Part shown: piece after piece, positions 7,273 through 14,880 of the stretch
Layout of the letters: the number at the start of each line of letters is the position of its first letter
How positions within the stretch are numbered: the stretch's first letter is position 1
Source of the DNA: an uncultured Roseivirgaceae bacterium
GTDB lineage: Bacteria; Bacteroidota; Bacteroidia; Cytophagales; Cyclobacteriaceae
Length of the DNA stretch: 38,760 nt
Direction: 5' to 3'
Assembly (NCBI GenBank): GCA_964406435.1
Contig: CAYORY010000001.1
Span: 1 to 38,760 of the forward strand
Program-made: the position numbers and the translations under genes
The notes under the pieces: model-generated
Database searches by the model: none
Told to the model about the DNA's origin: nothing
The model's input: only the letters and a program-made list of their open reading frames with translations

Positions 7273-7989
7273 TTAAATAAGCTTGTTAAGTTCGATTTTT
7301 AGCGAGTCCTTGAGTGTTTTTGAATCGGAATAGATTAAGAATCTTTGAGATTGGATATCAATAGGCAGATCTTTAGGTTCCTTTGAAATTAGTATGACTG
7401 ATTTGTCCAGTGCTTGAGCCACCCCAAGCTCATATAAGACATTAGGATTCCTTCCATTAATGTTAGCTATTATGATTCTTGCCTTGACCATATACCTAAG
7501 CATTTCAGGGAATATATCACCCTTAAACTCTTGTTCATCTCCTCTGATGCAATTAAACCCTGCACTTGAACAAACCTCCTTGATGGTCATAAACTCATTA
7601 TAAAATTGGCTATTAAAAGGAGTTAAGACAAAAACCAATCTGTTATCGATTTTAAGTTCATTCTCAGATATTCCATTTGCCTGAAGAAATTCGGAATAAT
7701 GAATTCTTCGATTAGTGCCCAAAGACTGATTATTTTCAAGATATTCCTGTCGTAGTAAAAGATGATTAACATCCCTCCATCGTTCTTCATTTTGCACTAA
7801 TCTGTCATTTAGTCCATACATTTTTTGCTCAAGAGAATGCCTTATGCTTTCAAGCATGGCCTTATTTTCTTCGCTATCATATCTGCTTTTCTTGAGATTG
7901 GAGTACAAAATGAAAGCTATTACACTAACGGAAATGCTTGCAATTGCTGTTATGATTATCGTAATGCTGCTAATTTCCATTTGACTCAT
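7273..7989 (-). CDS. membrane-anchored protein with a C-terminal nucleoside 2-deoxyribosyltransferase-like / TIR-like domain
   Basis: This is ORF 7273..8028; the likely start is MSQMEISS (ATG 7989-7987) or MEISS (7980). It has one N-terminal TM helix (ITIIITAIASISVSVIAFILY) and a coiled-coil linker. The domain (aa 129-240) reads VFVLTPFNSQ...KARIIIANINGRNPNVLYELGVAQALDKSVILISKE...LPIDI. The NVxYExG motif, with Glu at nt 7429-7431, is typical of that fold. Confidence 0.75.
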   Translation of the reverse strand: MSQMEISSITIIITAIASISVSVIAFILYSNLKKSRYDSEENKAMLESIRHSLEQKMYGLNDRLVQNEERWRDVNHLLLRQEYLENNQSLGTNRRIHYSEFLQANGISENELKIDNRLVFVLTPFNSQFYNEFMTIKEVCSSAGFNCIRGDEQEFKGDIFPEMLRYMVKARIIIANINGRNPNVLYELGVAQALDKSVILISKEPKDLPIDIQSQRFLIYSDSKTLKDSLKIELNKLI

Positions 7990-8392
7990 TTTTTGGTTCG
8001 ATATTCTCAATTTGGGCTTTTTCTTCACTATTCAACAGAATATCCATTGATTGTATTAAGGAGAAAATTGATATTGCCATATTCAAACAAAGTAGAAGCA
8101 CCCAGTAGTTGCTTTTATTTTCAAATAGCTTTAAACTTTTTCGCCACAAAATCACAACTACAACGGCCAGAACGATAAAAGCAATCGTGTAGAATAGCCC
8201 CGCACTCGGGTCTTTAGGTTCAGATATAGTAAATGCAATTAGAAATGATATAGAAAGGAAAATCATGTCAACCGGCAGTTCGCATATTGCCTGAATTAAA
8301 TTGGGAACCTCAATGTTTCTGTCAATCGCCAGTTTCAGAACGAATGCTAATACAAGCAATGTCAGGGGTAATATTATTTCCAAATGTTCCAT
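7970..8392 (-). CDS. small integral membrane protein (about 4 TM), first gene of the three-gene cassette operon
   Basis: 140-aa ORF starting MEHLEIILPLTLLVLAFVLKLAI. Four hydrophobic segments are followed by an acidic/polar tail. Its stop overlaps the start region of the next gene, which suggests translational coupling. Confidence 0.6.
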   Translation of the reverse strand: MEHLEIILPLTLLVLAFVLKLAIDRNIEVPNLIQAICELPVDMIFLSISFLIAFTISEPKDPSAGLFYTIAFIVLAVVVVILWRKSLKLFENKSNYWVLLLCLNMAISIFSLIQSMDILLNSEEKAQIENIEPKNESNGN

Positions 8393-8518
8393 TTATCTCA
8401 TTTCAGTTATTCTGTCGAGCGTTGGCAAAAAAATAGCTCTTTTGGTTTTTCTTGCGTTGGCTCTGCGTGTCTGCAAAAACCAAATGTGCTATTTGTGCGG
8501 TCGGCTTTTTTGCATGGC

Positions 8519-8758
8519 ATACAACATTAATATAACGCGCACAGTGCGCGTTATTTCCATTTCATATTTTCGAGTGGTTACAGACCTATCTTTCTGATAG
8601 TCAGTGATAAATCCAAGTAATAAACGTTTGTAAGCGTTTATTGTCGGATATAAGCGCCACTCTCCCCACCAAGATAGCACCTATTCATGAATGACGGGGT
8701 GGTCGAGAACCTTTCGTATACCTAGGCGTCACTGAGCGTTTCGCCCCCATCGTTAACT
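8519..8758 (-). repeat. attC-like recombination site F (240 nt; outermost site of the array)
   Basis: The ends are ATACAAC (8519-8525) and GTTAACT (8752-8758). The right half is homologous to attC-A/C: GGTCGAG at 8701-8707 versus 1778-1784, CACTGAG at 8730-8736 versus 1808-1814, and a CGCCC..CGTTA end. It contains a perfect 11-bp-stem palindrome, ATAACGCGCAC-A-GTGCGCGTTAT, at 8532-8554. It is more diverged than A-E. Confidence 0.6.
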
Positions 8759-8787
8759 CCAAATTCTGCCCTGAGTATTTTTGATTG

Positions 8788-9567
8788 TCATCTGCGTTGG
8801 CTGGACATGTGTTTGTTGATTTTCAAGGTGAGCCACCGTGGCGAGAAGCGCGGAGTGTTCACCAAAAATTGATTCATCAACCCAACGACCTTCGTGCGAG
8901 TTCCCTTCAGCATGGCGTCCACGCCCTGCTTTGCTACTACCTTTGCAGGAACGGACTTCATGCTGCCGTACGCATTGGTATTTAGGATTTCCTCGGTGTT
9001 GAATTCCGTGTCTGTGGGGCCAGGGCAGAGGTTGGTCACCGTCACGCCTGTACCGTCCAGTTCGGTTTTCAATGACTCAGAAAAGGAAAGAACGAATGCC
9101 TTAGTAGCGGCATAGACAGCATAGTTCGGAAAGGGAAAGAAAGACAGGATGGACGCCACGTTCATGATTCGGCCTTTTCCGGCGGTCTTCATTTCATCGG
9201 CAAAAAGGCGGGTTAGTACCATGAGTGACGATATGTTCACCTGAATCATATTTAGCTGAGTAGCCAAATCAGTTGCCACGAAATCTCCATAGGTCCCAAA
9301 CCCGGCGTTGTTGATCAGGGCGGTCACCTTCAGCTCCTTCTCCCGGATTTCATCATAGAGCGTCTGAGCGTTTTTTGGATCAGATAGATCCTTGGGCATG
9401 ACATGCGCCATGATGCCGTATTGCAGCTCCAGTTCGTCTTTCAACTCCAGTAATCTTTCGGTACGTCTGGCCACCAAAATCAGGTGAAAATCTTTGGCGG
9501 CCAATTGCCGGGCGATCTCCAGCCCTATGCCGGAGGACGCCCCTGTGATCAATGCTAATTCTCTCAT
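8788..9567 (-). CDS. SDR-family (short-chain dehydrogenase/reductase) oxidoreductase
   Basis: TGASSGIGLEIARQL is a Rossmann TGxxxGxG motif, NNAG is present, and YAATKAFV is the catalytic YxxxK motif. 259 aa. Confidence 0.9.
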   Translation of the reverse strand: MRELALITGASSGIGLEIARQLAAKDFHLILVARRTERLLELKDELELQYGIMAHVMPKDLSDPKNAQTLYDEIREKELKVTALINNAGFGTYGDFVATDLATQLNMIQVNISSLMVLTRLFADEMKTAGKGRIMNVASILSFFPFPNYAVYAATKAFVLSFSESLKTELDGTGVTVTNLCPGPTDTEFNTEEILNTNAYGSMKSVPAKVVAKQGVDAMLKGTRTKVVGLMNQFLVNTPRFSPRWLTLKINKHMSSQRR

Positions 9568-9576
9568 CGTGATAGA

Positions 9577-11994
9577 TTAAAATTGGATTCGGTACATCAT
9601 GTCCGGGAAGAAACCGATTTGGTTGACCGGGTTAATCTGATCGGTGACGCTGTTGTATCGTCGCACAAATTCGTTCTCGCGGTTGGTCACATTTTGCAGA
9701 TCTACGAAGAACTGGTGGGATACTTTCTTGCGGTTCAATCGCACGCCGAACTTCACATCCCAACGGAAATACTCGCCATAACTTTGGCTGAAGGCCTGAT
9801 CTTCGAACCGAACCTCCCGGCCTGCATTGGCGCGTGTGCCATCAATATCGATCGGGGTGAAAGGTCGTCCTCCCGCTGAGGTCACTTTGGAATCGAAAGT
9901 CCAGGCGTTTTGGTTGTTGGAACCAAATTTCCATTCTTTACCGAAGAGGATGTTCGCTACATAGTTGCTATTGAATGCCGTGTTTCGCTGCACCCCGTCG
10001 CTACCCTTGTATTGCGAGTCGAAAATGGAAGTAGTGAAAAGCAGGTAGTAATCCCGGCTGAAGAATTTTTCCAGTGTCAATTCTACTCCGATATTCTGAC
10101 CGGTTCCACCATTCACCAATGAGCCTTTTTCTTCGAAAATGAAATCTGATCCTTCGTTCAGCACAGAGTAGCTGGTGGGCGTTGCATCCACAGGCACATC
10201 GTACAGACTTTGGTAATACAGCTCCGTTTTCAGTCTCCAATCGGGGGCGAGCTTTCGGTCATATCCTAGCACAAAATGATGTGCATTCATGAAATCAAGT
10301 TGGTCGTTGGTGGCCTCCGTCACACCGGGTGAGACTTCCTCCCGATAGAACAGAACAGGGGCGGGGATGGCTTGACCGTGAAGGCCGTAAGCCAAACTCC
10401 ATCGTTGTTCGGGTGAGCTTTGCCAGCTTATCGCTGCGCGTGGTTCTAGTATGAAATCATTGGTATAGCCGTGGTACTGGCTGTGTAGCCCAAAGGTCAC
10501 GTCCAGGTCGTTGGTGATTTTGTATTCCGCTTGCGCAAAAGCCTGTGTCAGCTGATAGATTTCGTTCAGGTCATTGTATCGAATGAAATAATCAGGGATA
10601 GAGTCGTTGTTTGCATCCGGAATCTCGGCACGGTCGTCTCGGTCTTCGCCGAAAAGATTCATGTCGTAGGTCTCATTCAGAATGCCCACGTTCATACTCC
10701 AGCGTGCGTTGAATTTATGATTGAATCGAGTGAAAAAGGTGTACCGATTTTCACGGGTCTCTGAATTCACGGCCCGGTAGTCTTTGATCAGTTCGTCATT
10801 GTCGTCCAAAATTCGATTGTCCTGGTAGTAGCTATTGAAATTGGTCGAAGAGGCAATCGACGTTTTAAGGAAACTATTCTGACCAAATCGAATGGTGTTG
10901 GTCAGCCCGATCAGCCCGATTTCACTTTCCACGAAAGCATCCTGCATGGGGTCTGCGAAAAGGTCGTCCTCGTTGATTTCTTCACCAAGGAAATCAATGT
11001 TGCTCAGGCCATACAACCCGAACAGCTCCACCCGACCGATCGGTGTTTCACCAAGATTTGCTTTGAAAGAAAGATCCTGATAATAGGGAGCAGCCGATGT
11101 GCCGGTAGCGGCCAAGCTGGCAATTCCGTAGCGGTAAGAGGTCACGAAGGATGAGCCATTTTTTCGGCTGATCGGTCCCTCAGCCATGAACTCCAGCCCA
11201 GTATAGGCCGAAAGCTGACCAGTGAATTCGTAGGTGTCCGTGTTTCCATTTCGGAAGTTGATATCAAAAACTGCGGCGTTGGCATTGCCATATTCGGCAG
11301 GGAAGGCGCCTGTAAGGAAGTCGGAGGTGCGGAGCATGTTGGTGTTCAGCGCATTCACCGGACCGCCAGTGGTGCCCAGCGTGGAGAAGTGGTTGGTAGT
11401 GGGCACGGGGATGCCTTCCACTCTCCAAAGCAACCCGACCGGCGAGTTGCCACGAACGACAATGTCATTTCTGGCGTCATTGGTAGAATTGACCCCCGCG
11501 AACGAGGAAGCCAGTTTGGCCACATCATTTCGCCCGCCTGAGAAACGTGTCACTTCCTCCAAACTAAACGTGCGCGCGCTCACTTTCGCCAGATTATTGA
11601 TCGGTTGGTCTTTGTCTGCCTCGGCGGTGACCACTACTTCGGCGAGCTTTTCCACAGATTCTTCCATGGTTAAGCGCAAAACCACTTCTTTTCCTGAGGT
11701 TACCAGCACATTCGGCACAGTGAACGTCTCGTACCCTATGGACTGAACAACAAAAGTCTGTCGGCCCACCGGCACGTTCGGGATTCGGAAAATCCCATCG
11801 ATATCCGTGACAGCACCGAGTGGCGGATCAGAGTCAACGAGGATGACGGTCGCGCCAATCAACGGATACTCCGATTGTACATCGACGATGGTTCCTTTGA
11901 CGGTTTGCGTTTGCTGCGCAAATGCGGATGACAGCAAAAGGGTCAGCATCGCATAGGAGATAAAGGCAAGGGCTGTTTTGATACGTGGGTTCAT
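9577..11994 (-). CDS. TonB-dependent receptor with an N-terminal carboxypeptidase-regulatory-like domain
   Basis: The start is trimmed to MNPRIKTALAFISYAMLTLLLSSAFAQ (signal peptide, ATG 11994). The CarboxypepD_reg-like segment is GTIVDVQSEYPLIGATVILVD...DGIFRIPNVPVG. Plug motifs (RFSGGRNDV, VVRGNSP) are present, and the protein ends in the beta-barrel terminus YRIQF. Confidence 0.9.
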   Translation of the reverse strand: MNPRIKTALAFISYAMLTLLLSSAFAQQTQTVKGTIVDVQSEYPLIGATVILVDSDPPLGAVTDIDGIFRIPNVPVGRQTFVVQSIGYETFTVPNVLVTSGKEVVLRLTMEESVEKLAEVVVTAEADKDQPINNLAKVSARTFSLEEVTRFSGGRNDVAKLASSFAGVNSTNDARNDIVVRGNSPVGLLWRVEGIPVPTTNHFSTLGTTGGPVNALNTNMLRTSDFLTGAFPAEYGNANAAVFDINFRNGNTDTYEFTGQLSAYTGLEFMAEGPISRKNGSSFVTSYRYGIASLAATGTSAAPYYQDLSFKANLGETPIGRVELFGLYGLSNIDFLGEEINEDDLFADPMQDAFVESEIGLIGLTNTIRFGQNSFLKTSIASSTNFNSYYQDNRILDDNDELIKDYRAVNSETRENRYTFFTRFNHKFNARWSMNVGILNETYDMNLFGEDRDDRAEIPDANNDSIPDYFIRYNDLNEIYQLTQAFAQAEYKITNDLDVTFGLHSQYHGYTNDFILEPRAAISWQSSPEQRWSLAYGLHGQAIPAPVLFYREEVSPGVTEATNDQLDFMNAHHFVLGYDRKLAPDWRLKTELYYQSLYDVPVDATPTSYSVLNEGSDFIFEEKGSLVNGGTGQNIGVELTLEKFFSRDYYLLFTTSIFDSQYKGSDGVQRNTAFNSNYVANILFGKEWKFGSNNQNAWTFDSKVTSAGGRPFTPIDIDGTRANAGREVRFEDQAFSQSYGEYFRWDVKFGVRLNRKKVSHQFFVDLQNVTNRENEFVRRYNSVTDQINPVNQIGFFPDMMYRIQF

Positions 11995-12220
11995 GATTTT
12001 GAATTTGTTTGTCCGAAAGTACGGGGGTAGAGAAGGGCTATAAATAGGATTGGGCATGAGACCGGAAACCGGCTAGGTGAAAGTGGAAATCGGCGATTCG
12101 AAGAGGATTTCGGCGTTTTTGAAAATTCATCTTTTATTTTTCCCGTTTCAGCGATCATTTCCACAGCTTCATTCGAGTTTGATAGAAGGAATCCCTTCGG
12201 GCTTGGTTATTTTTATCGGA

Positions 12221-13255
12221 ATGAAACTGCGAGAAGTACATGTTCGGTGGATGGCGATCCCGCTTTTGGCACTCATAGCCATGAAAGCGGATGATGGCCA
12301 TATGGCCGCCGATCCTGTGTGGTATCAGTACGTGGTGGCGCTTGTTTTTACTGCCGTGTATTGGAATGGTGCCTGTCTGGTTATTTATTACTTCCGAAGG
12401 AAATTTCCTGAGATCTCCAAGACTGGCCGCAGGTTGATGCTCACAGGGCTGGGTATTGTGACCTGGATGTCTGTAGGCGGCATTCCAATCAAGCTGCTGT
12501 TTGGACTCTGCACGCTCGAGGAGGCGTTCACGTGGAATCAACATGCACAGTTTCTTCCTTTCAATTTTATTGCCGCTGCGGTGGTCAGCTTGTCCTACGA
12601 GGCGTTCTATTTTTTCGATAAATGGAAAGAGACCTTTCGCCTCAATGAAGAATTGAAAAACCGCCAGATCAGGACACAGTACGAAGTGCTGCAAAACCAA
12701 ATGAGTCCGCACTTTCTCTTTAACAGCCTTAACACCCTCACCACCATCATCGCCGAAGATCCTAAGTCAGCCATCAAGTTTACGGAGAAATTATCTGAGG
12801 TATATCGCTATATTCTACACAACAAAGAGCGCGAATTGGTGACCCTGCGCGATGAGGTGGAATTCGCAAAAGCCTACATGTTTTTGCTGAGCATCAGATA
12901 CCCGGAGAATTTGACGGTGGACTATCGCGTTGAGGAAAAATCACTGGACATGAACTTGCCCCCATTGACGCTTCAGATGCTCCTCGAAAACGCCATCAAG
13001 CACAATGTGATTTCGAAATCCAAGCCACTAAAAGTGGAAGTGTATGTGGAAAATGGAAAGTCAGTGATTGTGCGAAATAACCTGCAAGTGAAAGAAACAA
13101 TGGCCAAAGGCACCAAGACCGGACTAGAGAATATCAAGAAGCGCTACGGCATCCTTGGTGGGCTTGAAATCAATGTTCTGGCCGATGCAACCAACTTTAT
13201 GGTGACCGTTCCGCTCATCGACGTGCTGGAAGAAAAAGACCTGCGATTTTCATGA
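12221..13255 (+). CDS. LytS/YehU-type sensor histidine kinase (His_kinase + HATPase)
   Basis: The start is trimmed to MKLREVHVRW (ATG 12221). It has multiple TM segments. SPHFLFNSLNTLTTII is the PF06580-type H-box, and LLENAIKHN is the N-box. Confidence 0.85.
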   Translation: MKLREVHVRWMAIPLLALIAMKADDGHMAADPVWYQYVVALVFTAVYWNGACLVIYYFRRKFPEISKTGRRLMLTGLGIVTWMSVGGIPIKLLFGLCTLEEAFTWNQHAQFLPFNFIAAAVVSLSYEAFYFFDKWKETFRLNEELKNRQIRTQYEVLQNQMSPHFLFNSLNTLTTIIAEDPKSAIKFTEKLSEVYRYILHNKERELVTLRDEVEFAKAYMFLLSIRYPENLTVDYRVEEKSLDMNLPPLTLQMLLENAIKHNVISKSKPLKVEVYVENGKSVIVRNNLQVKETMAKGTKTGLENIKKRYGILGGLEINVLADATNFMVTVPLIDVLEEKDLRFS

Positions 13256-14007
13256 AAGTGCTGATCATAGAGGACGAGGCACCCGCGTATCGGCGGTTGG
13301 AGAAAATCCTGCTGGAGATAGACCCTTCGATCAAAATCTTAGAGGTAATCGACACGGTGGAGGAAGCGGTGAATTGGTTTGGTCAGAACTCATGCGATTT
13401 GGTTTTGATGGATATTCAGATCAGCGACGGCATCAGCTTTCAGATTTTTGACAAAATCGAAGTGAAGTGCCCGGTGGTTTTTACGACCGCCTTTGATGAA
13501 TACCTCCTCCGAGCCTTCAAAGTCAACAGCATCGACTATTTGCTCAAGCCGATAAAAAAGGAGGATCTGGTACGAGCACTGAACAAATACAAACGCCTGC
13601 ATGGCCACTCCATGCCGGAGGCCGACCTTTCAGCTATTTTGAAAAAGATTTCTTTGACGGAAGTCAACTACAAAAATCGGTTTTTGGTGAAGCAGGGGGA
13701 GAAGATGCTCTCTATCAAGTCGCAGGATGTGGTGTGCTTCCATAGCCGGCACGGGGTGGTGCATATCGTCACCAATTCCGGCAAAACGTACTTGTCTGAC
13801 TTCACGCTGGATGATCTTGGAAGCCAGCTGGATCCTAAGAACTTCTTTCGGGCCAACCGCCAGTTTATGGTCAATGCTGACTATGTGGGCACGGTACACA
13901 AGTATTTCAAAGGCAAGCTATTGGTAGAACTCAATGGCTTTGATGCGGAGGATATTGTGGTGAGCACGGAGAAAGCCAGCAGCTTCAAAGAGTGGTTGGA
14001 TCAGTAA
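13252..14007 (+). CDS. LytR/AlgR-family response regulator (REC + LytTR DNA-binding domain)
   Basis: MKVLIIEDE...DLVLMDIQISDGISF is the receiver domain with its phospho-acceptor Asp. The C-terminal segment FLVKQGEKMLSIKSQDVVCF...FFRANRQFMVN is LytTR-like. An ATGA overlap links it to the kinase gene. Confidence 0.9.
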   Translation: MKVLIIEDEAPAYRRLEKILLEIDPSIKILEVIDTVEEAVNWFGQNSCDLVLMDIQISDGISFQIFDKIEVKCPVVFTTAFDEYLLRAFKVNSIDYLLKPIKKEDLVRALNKYKRLHGHSMPEADLSAILKKISLTEVNYKNRFLVKQGEKMLSIKSQDVVCFHSRHGVVHIVTNSGKTYLSDFTLDDLGSQLDPKNFFRANRQFMVNADYVGTVHKYFKGKLLVELNGFDAEDIVVSTEKASSFKEWLDQ

Positions 14008-14055
14008 TTGACAGTTTGGATGACCCTTTTGTCATCAGTATTAATAGCTTTCTCC

Positions 14056-14841
14056 CTACTTCTCGGCCCGATAGATTATTTCTTCTTCGGGAAGAGCATA
14101 TTTTTTCACCTCTTCCGCATCGAGCTCAAAGACCAGTCTGTCTTCTACGACCTGAAAACCTGTGCTGCGGATTCTATCGGCATAGTCCTTTCCATAAAGC
14201 CGCACGTGATCGTCCTGCCCAAATAATCGCTCTCTTTCCTTCGGATCGGTAATGGTAGGATCTTCGGTAGTCTCGTCATTAAGTGGGTAGAAGAGGGGAA
14301 TCTGTAGAATAGCCCACCCTCCAGGTTTCAGCACCCGTCTCATTTCTTCCATCGCACGGATGTCGCTTTCCACATGCTCCAGCACGTGATTGCAGAAAAT
14401 GATATCGAAAGTATTCTCCTCGAATGGGATGTCATGAATGTCCATTTTCACTTTGGCCAGCGGCGACTCTATGTCCCCTGTGATGTAATCAAGGTTGTTC
14501 AATGCCTCAAACCTATCCATGAAGCAAAGCTCCGGTGCTATGTGTAGCATCTTGGCTGGTTTAGTGAAGAAATCCGTCTTTTGCTTCAGGTAAAGCCAAA
14601 TGAGTCTGTGACGTTCTAGGGCTAGGCAATTGGGACAAAGGGCATTGCTTCGGGATTTCCGACCGTAAGGAAGAAACTTACGAAATCGCGACTCGCACAC
14701 CGGACATTCGACCTTATTGCCTCGATAGAAAACAGCTAATATTTTCAGCACAAAATGACTGAAAAGCTGGAGGTACTTTCGAGGGATATGTCGTAAGAAA
14801 AAGGAAATTAAAAATTTCAACTGAAGGAATTTCAGGGTCAA
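14056..14841 (-). CDS. class I SAM-dependent methyltransferase with an N-terminal Zn-ribbon
   Basis: CPVCESRF...CPNC forms a Cys4 ribbon. DIIFCNHVLEHV and LKPGGWAILQIP match Methyltransf_11-type motifs. The start is non-ATG (TTG) in the ORF track, so it is uncertain. Confidence 0.75.
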   Translation of the reverse strand: MTLKFLQLKFLISFFLRHIPRKYLQLFSHFVLKILAVFYRGNKVECPVCESRFRKFLPYGRKSRSNALCPNCLALERHRLIWLYLKQKTDFFTKPAKMLHIAPELCFMDRFEALNNLDYITGDIESPLAKVKMDIHDIPFEENTFDIIFCNHVLEHVESDIRAMEEMRRVLKPGGWAILQIPLFYPLNDETTEDPTITDPKERERLFGQDDHVRLYGKDYADRIRSTGFQVVEDRLVFELDAEEVKKYALPEEEIIYRAEK

Positions 14842-14880
14842 AGTTATTCAAGATAGGAGCAAACCCCTATTTTTAGACTC

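Larger units (their letters stand above)
1..8758 (-). mobile_element. Integron-type gene-cassette array: 5 complete cassettes plus 1 truncated by the window edge, 6 attC-like sites, no intI/attI in window (CALIN-like or integrase elsewhere)
   Basis: All ORFs are co-oriented on the minus strand and separated by imperfect palindromes with TAAC...GTTA ends. Each cassette is bounded by reverse-complementary cores: 850-859/450-459, 1607-1615/1081-1089, 2514-2522/1837-1845, 3288-3296/2741-2749, 8516-8528/3412-3424. The region is visibly more AT-rich than the flank beyond 8788. Confidence 0.8.

Noticed and set aside
5010-8178. Plus-strand ORFs antisense to the three cassette genes (5010..5261, 5665..5865, 6455..6640, 6667..6867, 6979..7167, 7825..8178)
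   Set aside because: All are short and embedded antisense in long, motif-bearing minus-strand genes in AT-rich DNA, where stop-free antisense frames arise by chance.
8532-8554. Perfect 11-bp-stem hairpin as a stand-alone Rho-independent terminator
   Set aside because: It is not followed by a T-run in the sense of the only upstream gene (SDR, minus strand), and it lies 235 nt from that gene's stop. It is better explained as part of attC-F. A terminator role for plus-strand read-through cannot be excluded.
8788-11994. SDR and TonB receptor genes as additional (large) integron cassettes upstream of attC-F
   Set aside because: No core complementary to GTTAACT and no palindrome lies at the SDR start (a 9-nt gap to the receptor gene) or in the 11995-12220 intergenic region. 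Composition there is host-like.
12077-12220. N-terminal extensions of the histidine kinase (12077) and TonB receptor (12057) ORFs
   Set aside because: The extensions lack signal or TM character and would overlap the divergent intergenic region. Internal ATGs (12221, 11994) give canonical N-termini.
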